Assembly: GCA_032128115.1 (NCBI GenBank)
Contig: JAQBHB010000054.1
Span: 1-64,000 of the forward strand
Direction: 5' to 3'
Source: Deltaproteobacteria bacterium
Lineage (GTDB): Bacteria; Myxococcota_A; UBA9160; SMWR01
Length of the DNA: 64,000 nt
Below the pieces are notes generated by a model. It was not told where the DNA came from, searched no databases, and saw only the letters and a list, made by a program, of their open reading frames with translations. Each line of letters opens with the position of its first letter. Within the stretch, counting starts at the first letter, position 1. Below, piece after piece: positions 25,961-37,164 of this stretch. The translations under genes were made by a program, and so were the position numbers.

Positions 25961-26519
25961 CGGCGTCGCAGGGTCCGACCAGGACGAAGCGGTTGGGGAC
26001 GCGGGTGTCCGGATCAATGACACCGGTGCCGGGGCACACGCCGAAGGGTCCGACCACGCCGGTTCCCGTTCCCGCGGCGGGCTTCACGTACCCCCAGGTA
26101 TTGTAGGCGCCGTCGCCGTCCACGTCGGAGCGGGCTCCCACCGTGTAGGCCGTCGCACCGTCGGACGTGACGCCGTACTGGAAGTACATTTCGCCCTCGG
26201 GCGAGTAGCCGATGGTGTTGAACCCGTGCGAATCCGTGGGGAGCAACACCCACGGCTCCTTCCCCGGGCCCACGCTCAGGGGAATCGCCGGAAGCGCGCT
26301 CGCGTAGGCTCCCCACTCCGCGAAATAGGTCTCTTCGGCCTCGCGGATCGCAGCCATGTTCGTGCGGCCCTCGGCGACCTTCGCCTTGAGCTGGAACCGG
26401 ATCATGATCGGAATCGCCAGGGTGGACAAGATCCCGATCAGGCCCACCACCAGCATCAGCTCGATGATGGTGAATCCGCCTCGGCCGGCGGCTCTCCGAG
26501 CAAAGGCTCGCTGGATCAC
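25938..26519 (-). CDS. Type IV pilin, PilA-like
   Basis: Prepilin site GG|FTIIELML; FQLKAK..E...N...I...E..YF.E and IGYSPEG resemble myxobacterial PilA; two C-terminal Cys. Confidence 0.85.
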   Translation of the reverse strand: MIQRAFARRAAGRGGFTIIELMLVVGLIGILSTLAIPIMIRFQLKAKVAEGRTNMAAIREAEETYFAEWGAYASALPAIPLSVGPGKEPWVLLPTDSHGFNTIGYSPEGEMYFQYGVTSDGATAYTVGARSDVDGDGAYNTWGYVKPAAGTGTGVVGPFGVCPGTGVIDPDTRVPNRFVLVGPCDAASGISAY

Positions 26520-27070
26520 GAGCTGGTTCCTCCGTTGGCCTCTGCGGCCGTCGCCGAACCGACGTCGGCGAGCTGGCTCAGCAGGTCGCGTGCGCTGGCC
26601 GTGTCGTGGGCCTCGAGGCGGGCGCTGGCTTCCTTGATCAGGCGCTGGCGCTGCTCGTCAACGCTGCGCAGGTGGTCGCGAAGGGCGCGGGCGGCGGCCG
26701 CGAGTGACTTCATGGAGTCGTTCGGGCGCAGCGCGAGACGTTGGTTGAGCTCGCCGCGAGTCATGGCGCGCAACGCTTCCTCGACCACGTATACGGGCCC
26801 GGCGATGCGATGGGTGAGGTAGACGGTAACGAGCCCCAGGCCGGTGGCAGCGATCAGGAAGTAGGTCACGTTGGCCTGCAGGAACATCGCTCGCGTTTCC
26901 TCGGCCGTCATCGATTGGAGTGCGGTCTCGCCGGGGAGCAGGTAGATGGCCGCCACATAGGCCAGCCCCACGATGGCCAGAATGCCCACCAGCGGCAGGG
27001 CCAGGGCCAGCTGCAGCTGGGGGTCGACAAAATAGCGCTTGCGCTTGGCGGCGTTGGAGTCGGAGCTCAT
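26516..27070 (-). CDS. Two-TM HAMP-domain protein
   Basis: KRKRYFVDPQLQ, two TMs, THRIAGP..., LR..D, short coiled coil; no output domain. Confidence 0.75.
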   Translation of the reverse strand: MSSDSNAAKRKRYFVDPQLQLALALPLVGILAIVGLAYVAAIYLLPGETALQSMTAEETRAMFLQANVTYFLIAATGLGLVTVYLTHRIAGPVYVVEEALRAMTRGELNQRLALRPNDSMKSLAAAARALRDHLRSVDEQRQRLIKEASARLEAHDTASARDLLSQLADVGSATAAEANGGTSS

Positions 27071-27113
27071 GGGTGTTTCCTCTTCGGGCACGATGTGCTC
27101 GGGTAGGCTGCGC

Positions 27114-27833
27114 TCAGCTGGCGGCCGCCAGGCGGTCCTGGATCTCGGCTGACTGCTGGGTCTCGATTTCAATGGTCAGGAAGCTGCGGATCAGGGCCGC
27201 GGCATAGCGATACGAGCGCTCCTTGAAGGCATACATGGCCACTCCCGCGAAGAACACCTCCAGGAAGAAGAGCTGGAAGCTGACCACCGGGAAGGTCCCC
27301 ACGTTACCGCTGGGTACCGACTCCCAGAAGGGCAACACCACGGCGAGAATCAGGGACGGAACGACGAATCCGCGCGCCAGTCGATACTGATCGCGGTAGA
27401 CCTGGATCGACTCATAGAGCCCCGGGGCCCGGATCTGCAGCACGTAGCTCAGCGCGTGCATGAACTCGCCCGCCTTGCGCGTGCGGTCGAAGCCCTCGGC
27501 GTCGTGGACATCCTGCAAGGAGGGTCCGCCACTGGGCCGCATGGCGTGGTGGTCTGCCAGGCGCTGGCGGACGGCGGCGCTGGTGAGCACGTCCATCTCC
27601 CACTGGTCCTTGATCTTGCGAAACATGTTGCGCGACATCGTATGCATGGCGACGCCCACGGTGAACGTGATGATGAACAGGCCGGCCACCATCAGGAGGC
27701 CCTGGGCGTCGGAGCCGCTTCCGATCCGACGCAGATCCAGGGTGGGCGACAGCACGTCCATCAGGATCACGATCCAGAGCAGGGAGTAGAAACCCTGCAG
27801 GAAGGTGAGCGCACCGAGTGAGTACGGAAACAT
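27114..27833 (-). CDS. Hypothetical integral membrane protein (about 4 TM)
   Basis: GAGAGG SD; hydrophobic segments; coding-like codon use. Confidence 0.75.
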   Translation of the reverse strand: MFPYSLGALTFLQGFYSLLWIVILMDVLSPTLDLRRIGSGSDAQGLLMVAGLFIITFTVGVAMHTMSRNMFRKIKDQWEMDVLTSAAVRQRLADHHAMRPSGGPSLQDVHDAEGFDRTRKAGEFMHALSYVLQIRAPGLYESIQVYRDQYRLARGFVVPSLILAVVLPFWESVPSGNVGTFPVVSFQLFFLEVFFAGVAMYAFKERSYRYAAALIRSFLTIEIETQQSAEIQDRLAAAS

Positions 27834-28042
27834 GCTGGCCTGCCTCTCTTCGCGAGCGCGCCGTCTGGATCCACGCAAGCAATGCGCGAGAACCGGCGGA
27901 AGCGCTGGTTGCGAAGGTTCGTATCGGACGCACGCAGCCCCGGATTGAGGCTTCGCGGGCCCTGGGGCGGCATCGCCAGAGCCATCCCCAGGGTGCGGAA
28001 GTTCCGCCAGGGGCCCGGTATGACTTGGAATTCGCGGTGCGC

Positions 28043-28951
28043 TCAGCGGTCGGAGCGCGCCGGCAGGATGTGGACGCGCAGGCGCGCTTCGGCGGGGCTC
28101 ACGTCGGTCTGGATCCGACAGGCGCCGTACGCCCCGGTCACCTCCCGGGCGGCGCGCTGCACGGCCAGGAGCAGCTCCTGCGCCTGTTCGGGGGCGACCT
28201 CCAGGATCGAGGCCATCGGACCCGTGGATTCCACCACCAGGTGGCCGGGGGTGCGCGGCCGGGCCGGGCGCAGCACGCGCACCTGCGGCGACTCGAAGAC
28301 CACCTCGTCTCCCGGGGGGCCCTGGGGGGCCGGGGGCTTCCCGGGGGCCTCGAGCAGCGGGGTCGGCTCGCGCGACAGATCGGCGGCCAGGCTCTGGCGC
28401 ACCGGTGCCGGCAGCTCGGTGTTGCACGGGTAGTTCGGGTGATCGACGCGGATGCGTGCGACGATCGAGGTGTCTGCGAAGCGCCGGGCCTGGTCCGCGT
28501 CCAGCGTGAACTTGATGTACTGGACGGCCGAGAGGCGCTCCGCTTCCATCTGCTTGGGATCGAAGCGCGCCGGGATGGGCGTCTCGTCGTCTCCCAGGAG
28601 CATGGCCACGTGCTCGTCGATCCCGATCAGGCGTTCCAGCTCGGGCCGGATCTCGGCCAGATCGACGATCTCGACGAATAGCGTCGCCGAGAACTGGCGC
28701 TCCGCTGGCATCAGCTCGTTGTAGACGTCGAGTTCGTGCTGGATGCGATCGGCGTCGTCGATCCTCTCGACCCAGGCCATCTCCTGCACCTGGAAGCGAA
28801 GCGTCTCCCGGTCTTCGAATACCAGGCTCACGCGGTCCCCGAGCGCCACGCGGCGATCGCGTTTGTGTGCGATCACCGCGTCCCGGTAGGCGGGGCGGAG
28901 CGCTTCGTAACGTTCCCGATCGACGATCTCATGGAGGGACAGGGGCCTCAC
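28043..28951 (-). CDS. DUF3501-family protein with C-terminal HIT-like domain
   Basis: K..RRV.LG....VFE...T..FQVQEM...ER, EL..YNELMP, ATLFVE, SAVQY..F, DHPNY; the tail has PGHLVV and VHILP. Confidence 0.85.
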   Translation of the reverse strand: MRPLSLHEIVDRERYEALRPAYRDAVIAHKRDRRVALGDRVSLVFEDRETLRFQVQEMAWVERIDDADRIQHELDVYNELMPAERQFSATLFVEIVDLAEIRPELERLIGIDEHVAMLLGDDETPIPARFDPKQMEAERLSAVQYIKFTLDADQARRFADTSIVARIRVDHPNYPCNTELPAPVRQSLAADLSREPTPLLEAPGKPPAPQGPPGDEVVFESPQVRVLRPARPRTPGHLVVESTGPMASILEVAPEQAQELLLAVQRAAREVTGAYGACRIQTDVSPAEARLRVHILPARSDR

Positions 28952-30234
28952 CGGGTCTCGATCCCGTAGGCCAGGGCCATCAGCACCACCGGGTGTACCG
29001 CCTCGAGGCCGAGCCCTTCCCGGATTCGCAGGGCCGAGAGGGGACAATCGGTGGCCACGTGGTCCGGACCCGCTTCGCGAATCCGGCGCAGCAGGTTGTC
29101 GGCGACCTTCATCGACTCGGTGTGGAATCGCTTCTGCATGCCCCAGGTGCCGTCCACCCCCGAGCAGGCGTCGATCACCTGCACCTCGGCACCCGCCAGG
29201 CGCAGCAGGTCGCGGGAGCGGAACCCGATGTTCTGGGCGCGCAGGTGGCACGGCGCGTGGTAGGCCACGGTTCCCAGGGGCTGCGTGAACTCCCGGTCGA
29301 GTTTTTTGTCGCGGGCCAGGTGGTAGAGATGCTCCATCAGGTCGCGGGTCGCGCCGGCCACGCGCCTGGCGGCCTCGCTGCCCAACAGCTTCGGATACTC
29401 GGTCTTCAGCATGAGCGAACACGACGGCCCGGGCACCACCACCGTGGCGCCCTCGTCCACGAAGCGCAGCAGGTCGCTCACGTTCCGCTCCGCGTTTCGC
29501 CGTGCCGCGTCCAGGTCGCCGGTGTCCGTGTAGGGCATGCCGCAGCAGCGCTCGTAACAGAGATCCACCCGGATCCCGCTGCGTTCGAGAACCTGCACCG
29601 CGGCGCGGCCGGCGGCTGGATCGTTGTAGTTGACGCTGCAGGTGCTGAAGAGCACTGCGCGTCCGCCGTCTCCGGTCGGGGTCGGTTTCCGATTCGCGAA
29701 CCAGCGATCCAGGGTCTGGGCGTGGAAGGAGGGCTGCACCCAGTCGCGATGGATCCCCAGGGTCTTCTCCATGGCGATCCGCGACGCGCGGTTGCGATTG
29801 GCGAAGTTCATGAGCGGCGGGGCCAGGGAGCCCGCGCGCCCGATCCAATCGGTTTTCGTCACCAGCTTGCGGACCAGGGGGATGCCGTCGCGTTTCGCCC
29901 GGAAGATCTGGTGCCGGCGCATGAGCGCCGGGAAGTCCACGTCCCATTCGTGTGGCGGCGTGTAGGGGCAGTTGTTGTAACAGAGCTTGCAATGGAAGCA
30001 GAGCTCGTTGACCTGGTCGAAGCCCGCCATGCTGACGCCTTCGATCTCGCGGTCGGTGGCATCCAGGAGGTCGAACAGCTTCGGGAACGACGGGCACAGC
30101 GGCAGGCAGCGCCGGCACTGGTGGCAGATCTCGCCCGTGCGGCGCAGTTCGCGCTCGAGTTGGTCGGCGTCGCCGTAGGCGGCGTCAGCGTAGCCGAGCT
30201 GTGTCGACGGGTGCTCCGGCGGATCGACCTTCAT
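28948..30234 (-). CDS. Fe-S oxidoreductase (GlpC/HdrD-like, CCG domains), rubrerythrin-associated
   Basis: [48 protein letters not shown]. Confidence 0.9.
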   Translation of the reverse strand: MKVDPPEHPSTQLGYADAAYGDADQLERELRRTGEICHQCRRCLPLCPSFPKLFDLLDATDREIEGVSMAGFDQVNELCFHCKLCYNNCPYTPPHEWDVDFPALMRRHQIFRAKRDGIPLVRKLVTKTDWIGRAGSLAPPLMNFANRNRASRIAMEKTLGIHRDWVQPSFHAQTLDRWFANRKPTPTGDGGRAVLFSTCSVNYNDPAAGRAAVQVLERSGIRVDLCYERCCGMPYTDTGDLDAARRNAERNVSDLLRFVDEGATVVVPGPSCSLMLKTEYPKLLGSEAARRVAGATRDLMEHLYHLARDKKLDREFTQPLGTVAYHAPCHLRAQNIGFRSRDLLRLAGAEVQVIDACSGVDGTWGMQKRFHTESMKVADNLLRRIREAGPDHVATDCPLSALRIREGLGLEAVHPVVLMALAYGIETR

Positions 30235-30306
30235 TCACGCATCCCGGCGACCGAAGCGTCCGCGCGCCGCCCGGTGCAGGCGGCGCGCGGAGAAGAGATC
30301 GGGGGC

Positions 30307-30732
<426 letters not shown>

Positions 30733-30904
30733 GTTTTCTCCTTGTCCCTGGGCGTCTCGATGCGGGATCGGTCCGAGTTTACCCATGCGCCGGGGCGGCT
30801 CCAACCCCTCGAGGGGCGCGCCAGCGACGGGCCAGCCGTCCGCTGGGAGGGGCGAAGCGCTACCCTCGCGGTTCGAATCCAGTCGAGACCGAGCGGAGGC
30901 AGGC

Positions 30905-32287
<1,383 letters not shown>

Positions 32288-32314
32288 GCAAAATAGTCAA
32301 CCCCGTCTCCGCCT

Positions 32315-33541
32315 CTAGCTGCGGACGATGCCTTCGCGTTCCAGGCGCGCGGCCTCGGCTTTGTCCACGCCCAGCTCGTCCAGGATCTCGTGGGTGTGGG
32401 CGCCGAGCGCCGGGGCCGGGCTGCGGACCTTGACGGGGGTCCGGGAGAACTTCGCGGCGGGTCCGGTGACGGGTATCGACCCGCCCTCGGGCGTCTGGAG
32501 CATGTCGCGCTCGAGCACGGCCGGGTCGCGGGCGGCCTCGGCGTAGGTCCGCACCGGGGCTGCCGGGATCCCGGCCGCGTGAAGATTCTCCAGCGCGCCC
32601 TCTGCGAATCGGTCCGCACACCATGCGGCCAGCAGTCCATCCACCTCGTTTCGACGCTGCAGCCGGGCCGGGGCGCTCGCATAGTCCGGATCGTCGGCCA
32701 GCTCCGGGCGGCCCAACAACGGCGCCAGCCGTTTCCAGTGCGAATCCAGCAGCACCCCAGCCAGGATGTGTCCGTCGCGACAGCGGTAGCTGTTGGCGGG
32801 CGCCGCGATCCGGAACTGGTTGCCCAGGCGCGGAAGCTCGACCCCCAGGGCGCCCAGCGTCAGATAGCCGGTGGACTGGAACAACAGCGAGTCCAGCAAC
32901 GAAACGTCGATGCGCTGGCCCTCTCCGGTCCGATCCCGGTGGCGAAGCGCGGCCAGGGCGGCCAGGGCTGCGTGGACGCCGGCCAGGTCGTCGGCCAGGA
33001 AGGTGGGCGATTTCACGGGTTCCCCGTCGGGGCTGCCGTTGAGCGACAGGAAGCCGCTCATGGCCTGGGCCAATGGGTCGTAGCCCAGCCGGTCGCGCAG
33101 GGGGCCGAACTGTCCGTAGCCGCTGATCGATACGTAGATGCTGTCTGCGCGCCGCTCGCGCACCGCGTCGTAGCCCAGGCCCCAGGACTGAAGGGTTCCC
33201 GGTCGGAAGTTCTCGACCACCACGTCGGCGCGGGCAGCCAGTGCCAGGAACAGCTCGCGTCCCTCGGAGCGGCGGAGATCCATCGCCAGACTCCGCTTGT
33301 TGCGGTTGACCGTGGCGTGCATGAACGAGAGCGGTGGGTCCGTGCCGGGCAGGAAGGGAGGCGCATTGCGCGCGATCTCACCCTGGGGATGTTCGACCTT
33401 GATCACGTCGGCGCCGAAATCGGCCAGGATGCAGCCGCACATGGGGCCGGCCCAGGTGGTGGTGGCCTCGAGCACGCGGGTGCCCTGCAGCGGACCGGTC
33501 AGATCGGCGCGCGCCTCGCGGTAGAACTCCGCCTTTTCCAT
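32315..33541 (-). CDS. CaiB/BaiF family III CoA-transferase
   Basis: AGP....LADFGADVIKVE, NRNKRS, ENFRPG, ISGYGQ.GP, GYD. Confidence 0.93.
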   Translation of the reverse strand: MEKAEFYREARADLTGPLQGTRVLEATTTWAGPMCGCILADFGADVIKVEHPQGEIARNAPPFLPGTDPPLSFMHATVNRNKRSLAMDLRRSEGRELFLALAARADVVVENFRPGTLQSWGLGYDAVRERRADSIYVSISGYGQFGPLRDRLGYDPLAQAMSGFLSLNGSPDGEPVKSPTFLADDLAGVHAALAALAALRHRDRTGEGQRIDVSLLDSLLFQSTGYLTLGALGVELPRLGNQFRIAAPANSYRCRDGHILAGVLLDSHWKRLAPLLGRPELADDPDYASAPARLQRRNEVDGLLAAWCADRFAEGALENLHAAGIPAAPVRTYAEAARDPAVLERDMLQTPEGGSIPVTGPAAKFSRTPVKVRSPAPALGAHTHEILDELGVDKAEAARLEREGIVRS

Positions 33542-33631
33542 GATCTCCCCGCCTGGCCCTTTATAGCGGTTCGCGAGCCGGTAGCGGCGCGCCGGGATGC
33601 GGTGGTATTACCTGACGCAAGGGAGGAACCC

Positions 33632-34072
33632 ATGGATCTCTCCGCCGTGTTGATGGGGACCCCCGAGGGTCTATTCGATCTGGCCCTGCTGATCGCCCGG
33701 GGCTTCATCGGCGTGTGCTTCATCGTCCACGCCCTGGGCAAGCTGGGCGTCGTGGGTCCCGGCAACATGCAGGGCTTCGTCGAATGGCTCGAGAGCCTGA
33801 ACGTGCCGTTCGCGCCGATCCAGGCCCGCATCGCCATGCTCTCGGAGCTGGTGGGAGGGTCGTTGCTGGCCGCCGGGCTGCTGACGCGTCCCGCGTGTCT
33901 GCTGCTGGTGGGAACCATGATCGTGGCCGGGCGCCTGGGCCACAAGGGCGGCGGCTATCTGATCACCAACAACCCGCCGGGTGCCGAGTACACCATCAAT
34001 CTGGCGGCCATTTGCGCGTGTCTGGCGCTGCTGGGCCCGGGCCGCTACTCGCTGGACGCCTTGTTCTTTTGA
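33632..34072 (+). CDS. DoxX-family membrane protein
   Basis: R...G..F..H...K, E..GG....GL.TR, G.EY, GPGRYSLD. Confidence 0.9.
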   Translation: MDLSAVLMGTPEGLFDLALLIARGFIGVCFIVHALGKLGVVGPGNMQGFVEWLESLNVPFAPIQARIAMLSELVGGSLLAAGLLTRPACLLLVGTMIVAGRLGHKGGGYLITNNPPGAEYTINLAAICACLALLGPGRYSLDALFF

Positions 34073-34755
34073 TGACCGAGGCGATCCAGGGCACGTGAGG
34101 CGACCTGGCGGTTGGCGGCATCCGGATCGCTCTCGACGGCCTCGCGCAGGCGCGCTTCCACCGCGGGCGGCGGCCCGAACAGTCCGGCCAGGGCGGTGAG
34201 GCTGGCTCGCCGCACGCGAAAATCCGGGTCGCGACTGCTCGCAAGCAGTGCCGTGGCGGCCTCGGGTCGCTCGGGCGCCAGCTCGCGCAGGCAATGGGAC
34301 GCCATGCGCCGGACCCGGGGGCGGTCGTGCGTGCGCACCAGTCCCAGCAGCAGGGGGAGGACCTGGCCGTCTGCGCGTCCGCTCTCCACCAGCAGCCGAG
34401 CGGCGGTCCAGCGCACAGAACCCTCGTGCGCGTCCAGGGCCTCGACCAGCGCCGGCAGCAGGCGCGCACTCGGGGGCTCGAGTCGCGCCCAGGTGAAGGC
34501 CGCTCCCCAGCGTCGCCGGGGGAGGTCGTCGTGCAGGGCCCGCCGCAGCACCTCGTCCACGTCCCGGCTGTTGCGTCCGATCTCGGCAAGCGAGTCCGAG
34601 GCCGCCCGTGCCACACCGGGATCCGGATCGCCCAGGGCGTCGCAGAGGGCATCGATCAGCAGGATCGCCGAGGGGTCGGCGGGGGCGTCGCGGCAAGCCT
34701 GTTCCCGCTGTGGGGCCGATGAGCTGGCGAGGCGTTCAAGGAGGGGGTGGGTCAA
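34045..34755 (-). CDS. HEAT-repeat protein
   Basis: Repeated L...L.D.D..VR..A...L units. Confidence 0.8.
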   Translation of the reverse strand: MTHPLLERLASSSAPQREQACRDAPADPSAILLIDALCDALGDPDPGVARAASDSLAEIGRNSRDVDEVLRRALHDDLPRRRWGAAFTWARLEPPSARLLPALVEALDAHEGSVRWTAARLLVESGRADGQVLPLLLGLVRTHDRPRVRRMASHCLRELAPERPEAATALLASSRDPDFRVRRASLTALAGLFGPPPAVEARLREAVESDPDAANRQVASRALDRLGHQKNKASSE

Positions 34756-34805
34756 TCCGGTGTCCGGGTGCGGGATTGCGGACAGGGTAGCCGAGCGATC
34801 GCGGG

Positions 34806-34847
34806 CGTTGTGTGCTCGTGGCGCGTCGTTGTGTGCTCGTGGCGCGT
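34806..34847. repeat. 21-bp tandem duplication in sulfatase/HEAT intergenic promoter region
   Basis: CGTTGTGTGCTCGTGGCGCGT x2, just before TAGACT. Confidence 0.88.
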
Positions 34848-34868
34848 GTTAGACTCCGCGGCTCGCTC

Positions 34869-36284
34869 ATGTGGCTGCAACGCAAGCGCTCCCTGCGACT
34901 TCCGTGGATCCTGCTGCCCGCCCTGCTCGGGATCGGGGCCGCTCCTGCGGCCGAGGACCCGCCTCCCAATTTTCTGCTGATCGTGGCCGACGACCTGGGC
35001 TACGCAGACCTGGGCGCATACGGGGGCACGCGCAGCCGCACGCCCCACCTCGACCGGCTGGCCGCCCAGGGCATTCGCTTCACCGACTTTCACGCCATGG
35101 GCCCCGTATGCACGCCGTCGCGAGCGGCCCTGGTGACGGGCCGCTATCCGCAGCGCTCCAATCTGGAAGATCTGGTTCGCTCCGGCGACCGGAAGGGCGG
35201 GCTCGCGCTCTCGGAGGTGACGTTTGCGGAGGTGCTCCGGGCCGCGGGGTACCGCACGGCGCTCTTCGGCAAGTGGCATCTGGGCAACACGGCGCAGTTC
35301 AGCCCGGTGCTGCAGGGCTTCGACGAATTCAAGGGTTCCGCGGGCGGCAATGTGGACTACCGCTCGCACCTGGGGCCGGATGACGAGCTGGACTGGTGGA
35401 AGCAGAACGAGCTGCGCGACGAGCCGGGATACATCACCCATCTGACCACCGAAGATGCCATCGACTTCGTGGTGCGGAATCGGGAGCATCCCTTCCTGCT
35501 GGTGGTCTCCTACCAGGCACCCCACGCGCCGGCCCAGGGCCCCTACGATCCGGTCCAGCGCTCGCCGGCGGGACTCAAGGACGAGGAGCGCGAGGCGTAT
35601 CTCGCGCGAATGAATGCGGAGATTCCCGAGGCGCCTCGTGGCGCGGCGCTCGACGACCCCTTCCGTGCCATGGTCGAGAGCCTCGACGCCGGCGTGGGTC
35701 GGATCGTGGCCAGCCTGAACGAGCTCGGCCTGTCGGAGCGCACGTTCGTGATGTTCCTCTCCGACAACGGCCCGACCCTGGGCTCCGCGAGTCCCTTCCG
35801 GGGGCGCAAGGGCGGTGCCTGGGAAGGCGGCCATCGGGTCCCCGCCATCGCCCGCTGGCTCGGGCACATCGAGGCCGGGGGGGTGAACGGCCAGCTGCTG
35901 AGCAGCATGGATCTGTTTCCGACGATGGCGAAGCTGGCTGGCGCGCCCCTGCCCGCAAACCTGGAACTCGACGGCGTGGACCTGGCGCCCACCCTGTTCC
36001 AGCAGGGCCCGATGCCCGATCGCATGCTCTTCTGGCGCTATCGCGACATCAACATGCCGTTGCACCGCGCCGTGCGAAAGGGGCCGTGGAAGCTGCTGTT
36101 GGCCGGGGGGCCGCCGCGTCTCTACAACGTGGGTCGCGATCCGGCTGAGAAGCGCACGCTCACCGAATCCGAGGCCGAGCGGGTGGCGGAGCTGAAGGCA
36201 GCGATCGAGGCCTGGGAGCAAGACGTATCGCCGACGCGGCGACGCTCGTGGAAGCCCGGCAATCCGATCCCCGGCAGCAAGTGA
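34869..36284 (+). CDS. Arylsulfatase-family (Cys-type FGly) sulfatase, secreted
   Basis: Signal peptide, PN...I.ADDLGY, CTPSRAALVTGRY, GKWHLG, SDNG, EGG.RVP. Confidence 0.93.
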   Translation: MWLQRKRSLRLPWILLPALLGIGAAPAAEDPPPNFLLIVADDLGYADLGAYGGTRSRTPHLDRLAAQGIRFTDFHAMGPVCTPSRAALVTGRYPQRSNLEDLVRSGDRKGGLALSEVTFAEVLRAAGYRTALFGKWHLGNTAQFSPVLQGFDEFKGSAGGNVDYRSHLGPDDELDWWKQNELRDEPGYITHLTTEDAIDFVVRNREHPFLLVVSYQAPHAPAQGPYDPVQRSPAGLKDEEREAYLARMNAEIPEAPRGAALDDPFRAMVESLDAGVGRIVASLNELGLSERTFVMFLSDNGPTLGSASPFRGRKGGAWEGGHRVPAIARWLGHIEAGGVNGQLLSSMDLFPTMAKLAGAPLPANLELDGVDLAPTLFQQGPMPDRMLFWRYRDINMPLHRAVRKGPWKLLLAGGPPRLYNVGRDPAEKRTLTESEAERVAELKAAIEAWEQDVSPTRRRSWKPGNPIPGSK

Positions 36285-36285
36285 A

Positions 36286-37164
36286 TCAGACCAGGTGCCA
36301 GTGCGCCTCGAGCGGGTCCTCGCCGCTTCGCGCGACACGCCCCTCGTCTTCGAGCTTCCGCAGGTGGGAGCACACGGACTGGGCGGCCGCGGCGTGGAGC
36401 GACTCGGGATACGCCGCGTAGATCTCCAGCACCATCTGACCGATGCGCTCGTGTCCATGTCCGAGAGCCGCCACGATCTGGTCCTCGCGTTGGTTTCGGT
36501 GCTCGACGTATTCGCTGATCTTCGCCACGCCGTCGTCGATGCGCGGGCCGTGAGCGGGGTAGATGGCCTTCGGGGACTCGCTTCGCATCCGCTCCAGCGA
36601 CTGCATGTAGTCGCCCAGGCTGCCGCCGCGACCCGGGATCACGGTGGTGCCCACGCCCAGGACGTTGTCCCCCGAAAAGAGCGTCTGCTCCTCTTCGAGC
36701 ACGAAGCACAGGTGGTCCTCGGCGTGACCGGGCGTGTGCACCGCTCGCAGGGTGGCGCCTTCGGTGCGAATCAGCGAGCCGTGGCCGATTTTCCGGGTCT
36801 CGAAGGAGTAGGGCGCGTCGTACAGGGGATGGGGCAGCTTCGAGACCGGGAGGCTTCCGAAGCGCCCCATCACGCTGGCGACGCCGCCCTGGTGATCCGG
36901 GTGTCCGTGGGTGAGGACGATCTCCTGGATCCCGCAGCCGAGTTCGCCAAGCGCGCGTTCCAGGACCGGCAGGTACTCGCTGCGCCCGTCTCCCGTGTCC
37001 ACCAGGATGCGTTGGCTGCCGGTGCCCACCAGATAGGTGTTGGTTCCGGGGCCGGTAAACAGGCCCGGGTTCTGGCCCAGGGCCACACTGACCCGCTCGG
37101 ACCAGGTATCCACGTCCGGCATCTGCAAGCCGATCATGGTGGGTGCCGACACGGGTTCACTCAC
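36286..37164 (-). CDS. MBL-fold metallo-hydrolase (LACTB2-like)
   Basis: NPGLFTGPGTNTY, THGHPDH, HTPGH, FSGD, PAHG. Confidence 0.92.
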   Translation of the reverse strand: MSEPVSAPTMIGLQMPDVDTWSERVSVALGQNPGLFTGPGTNTYLVGTGSQRILVDTGDGRSEYLPVLERALGELGCGIQEIVLTHGHPDHQGGVASVMGRFGSLPVSKLPHPLYDAPYSFETRKIGHGSLIRTEGATLRAVHTPGHAEDHLCFVLEEEQTLFSGDNVLGVGTTVIPGRGGSLGDYMQSLERMRSESPKAIYPAHGPRIDDGVAKISEYVEHRNQREDQIVAALGHGHERIGQMVLEIYAAYPESLHAAAAQSVCSHLRKLEDEGRVARSGEDPLEAHWHLV

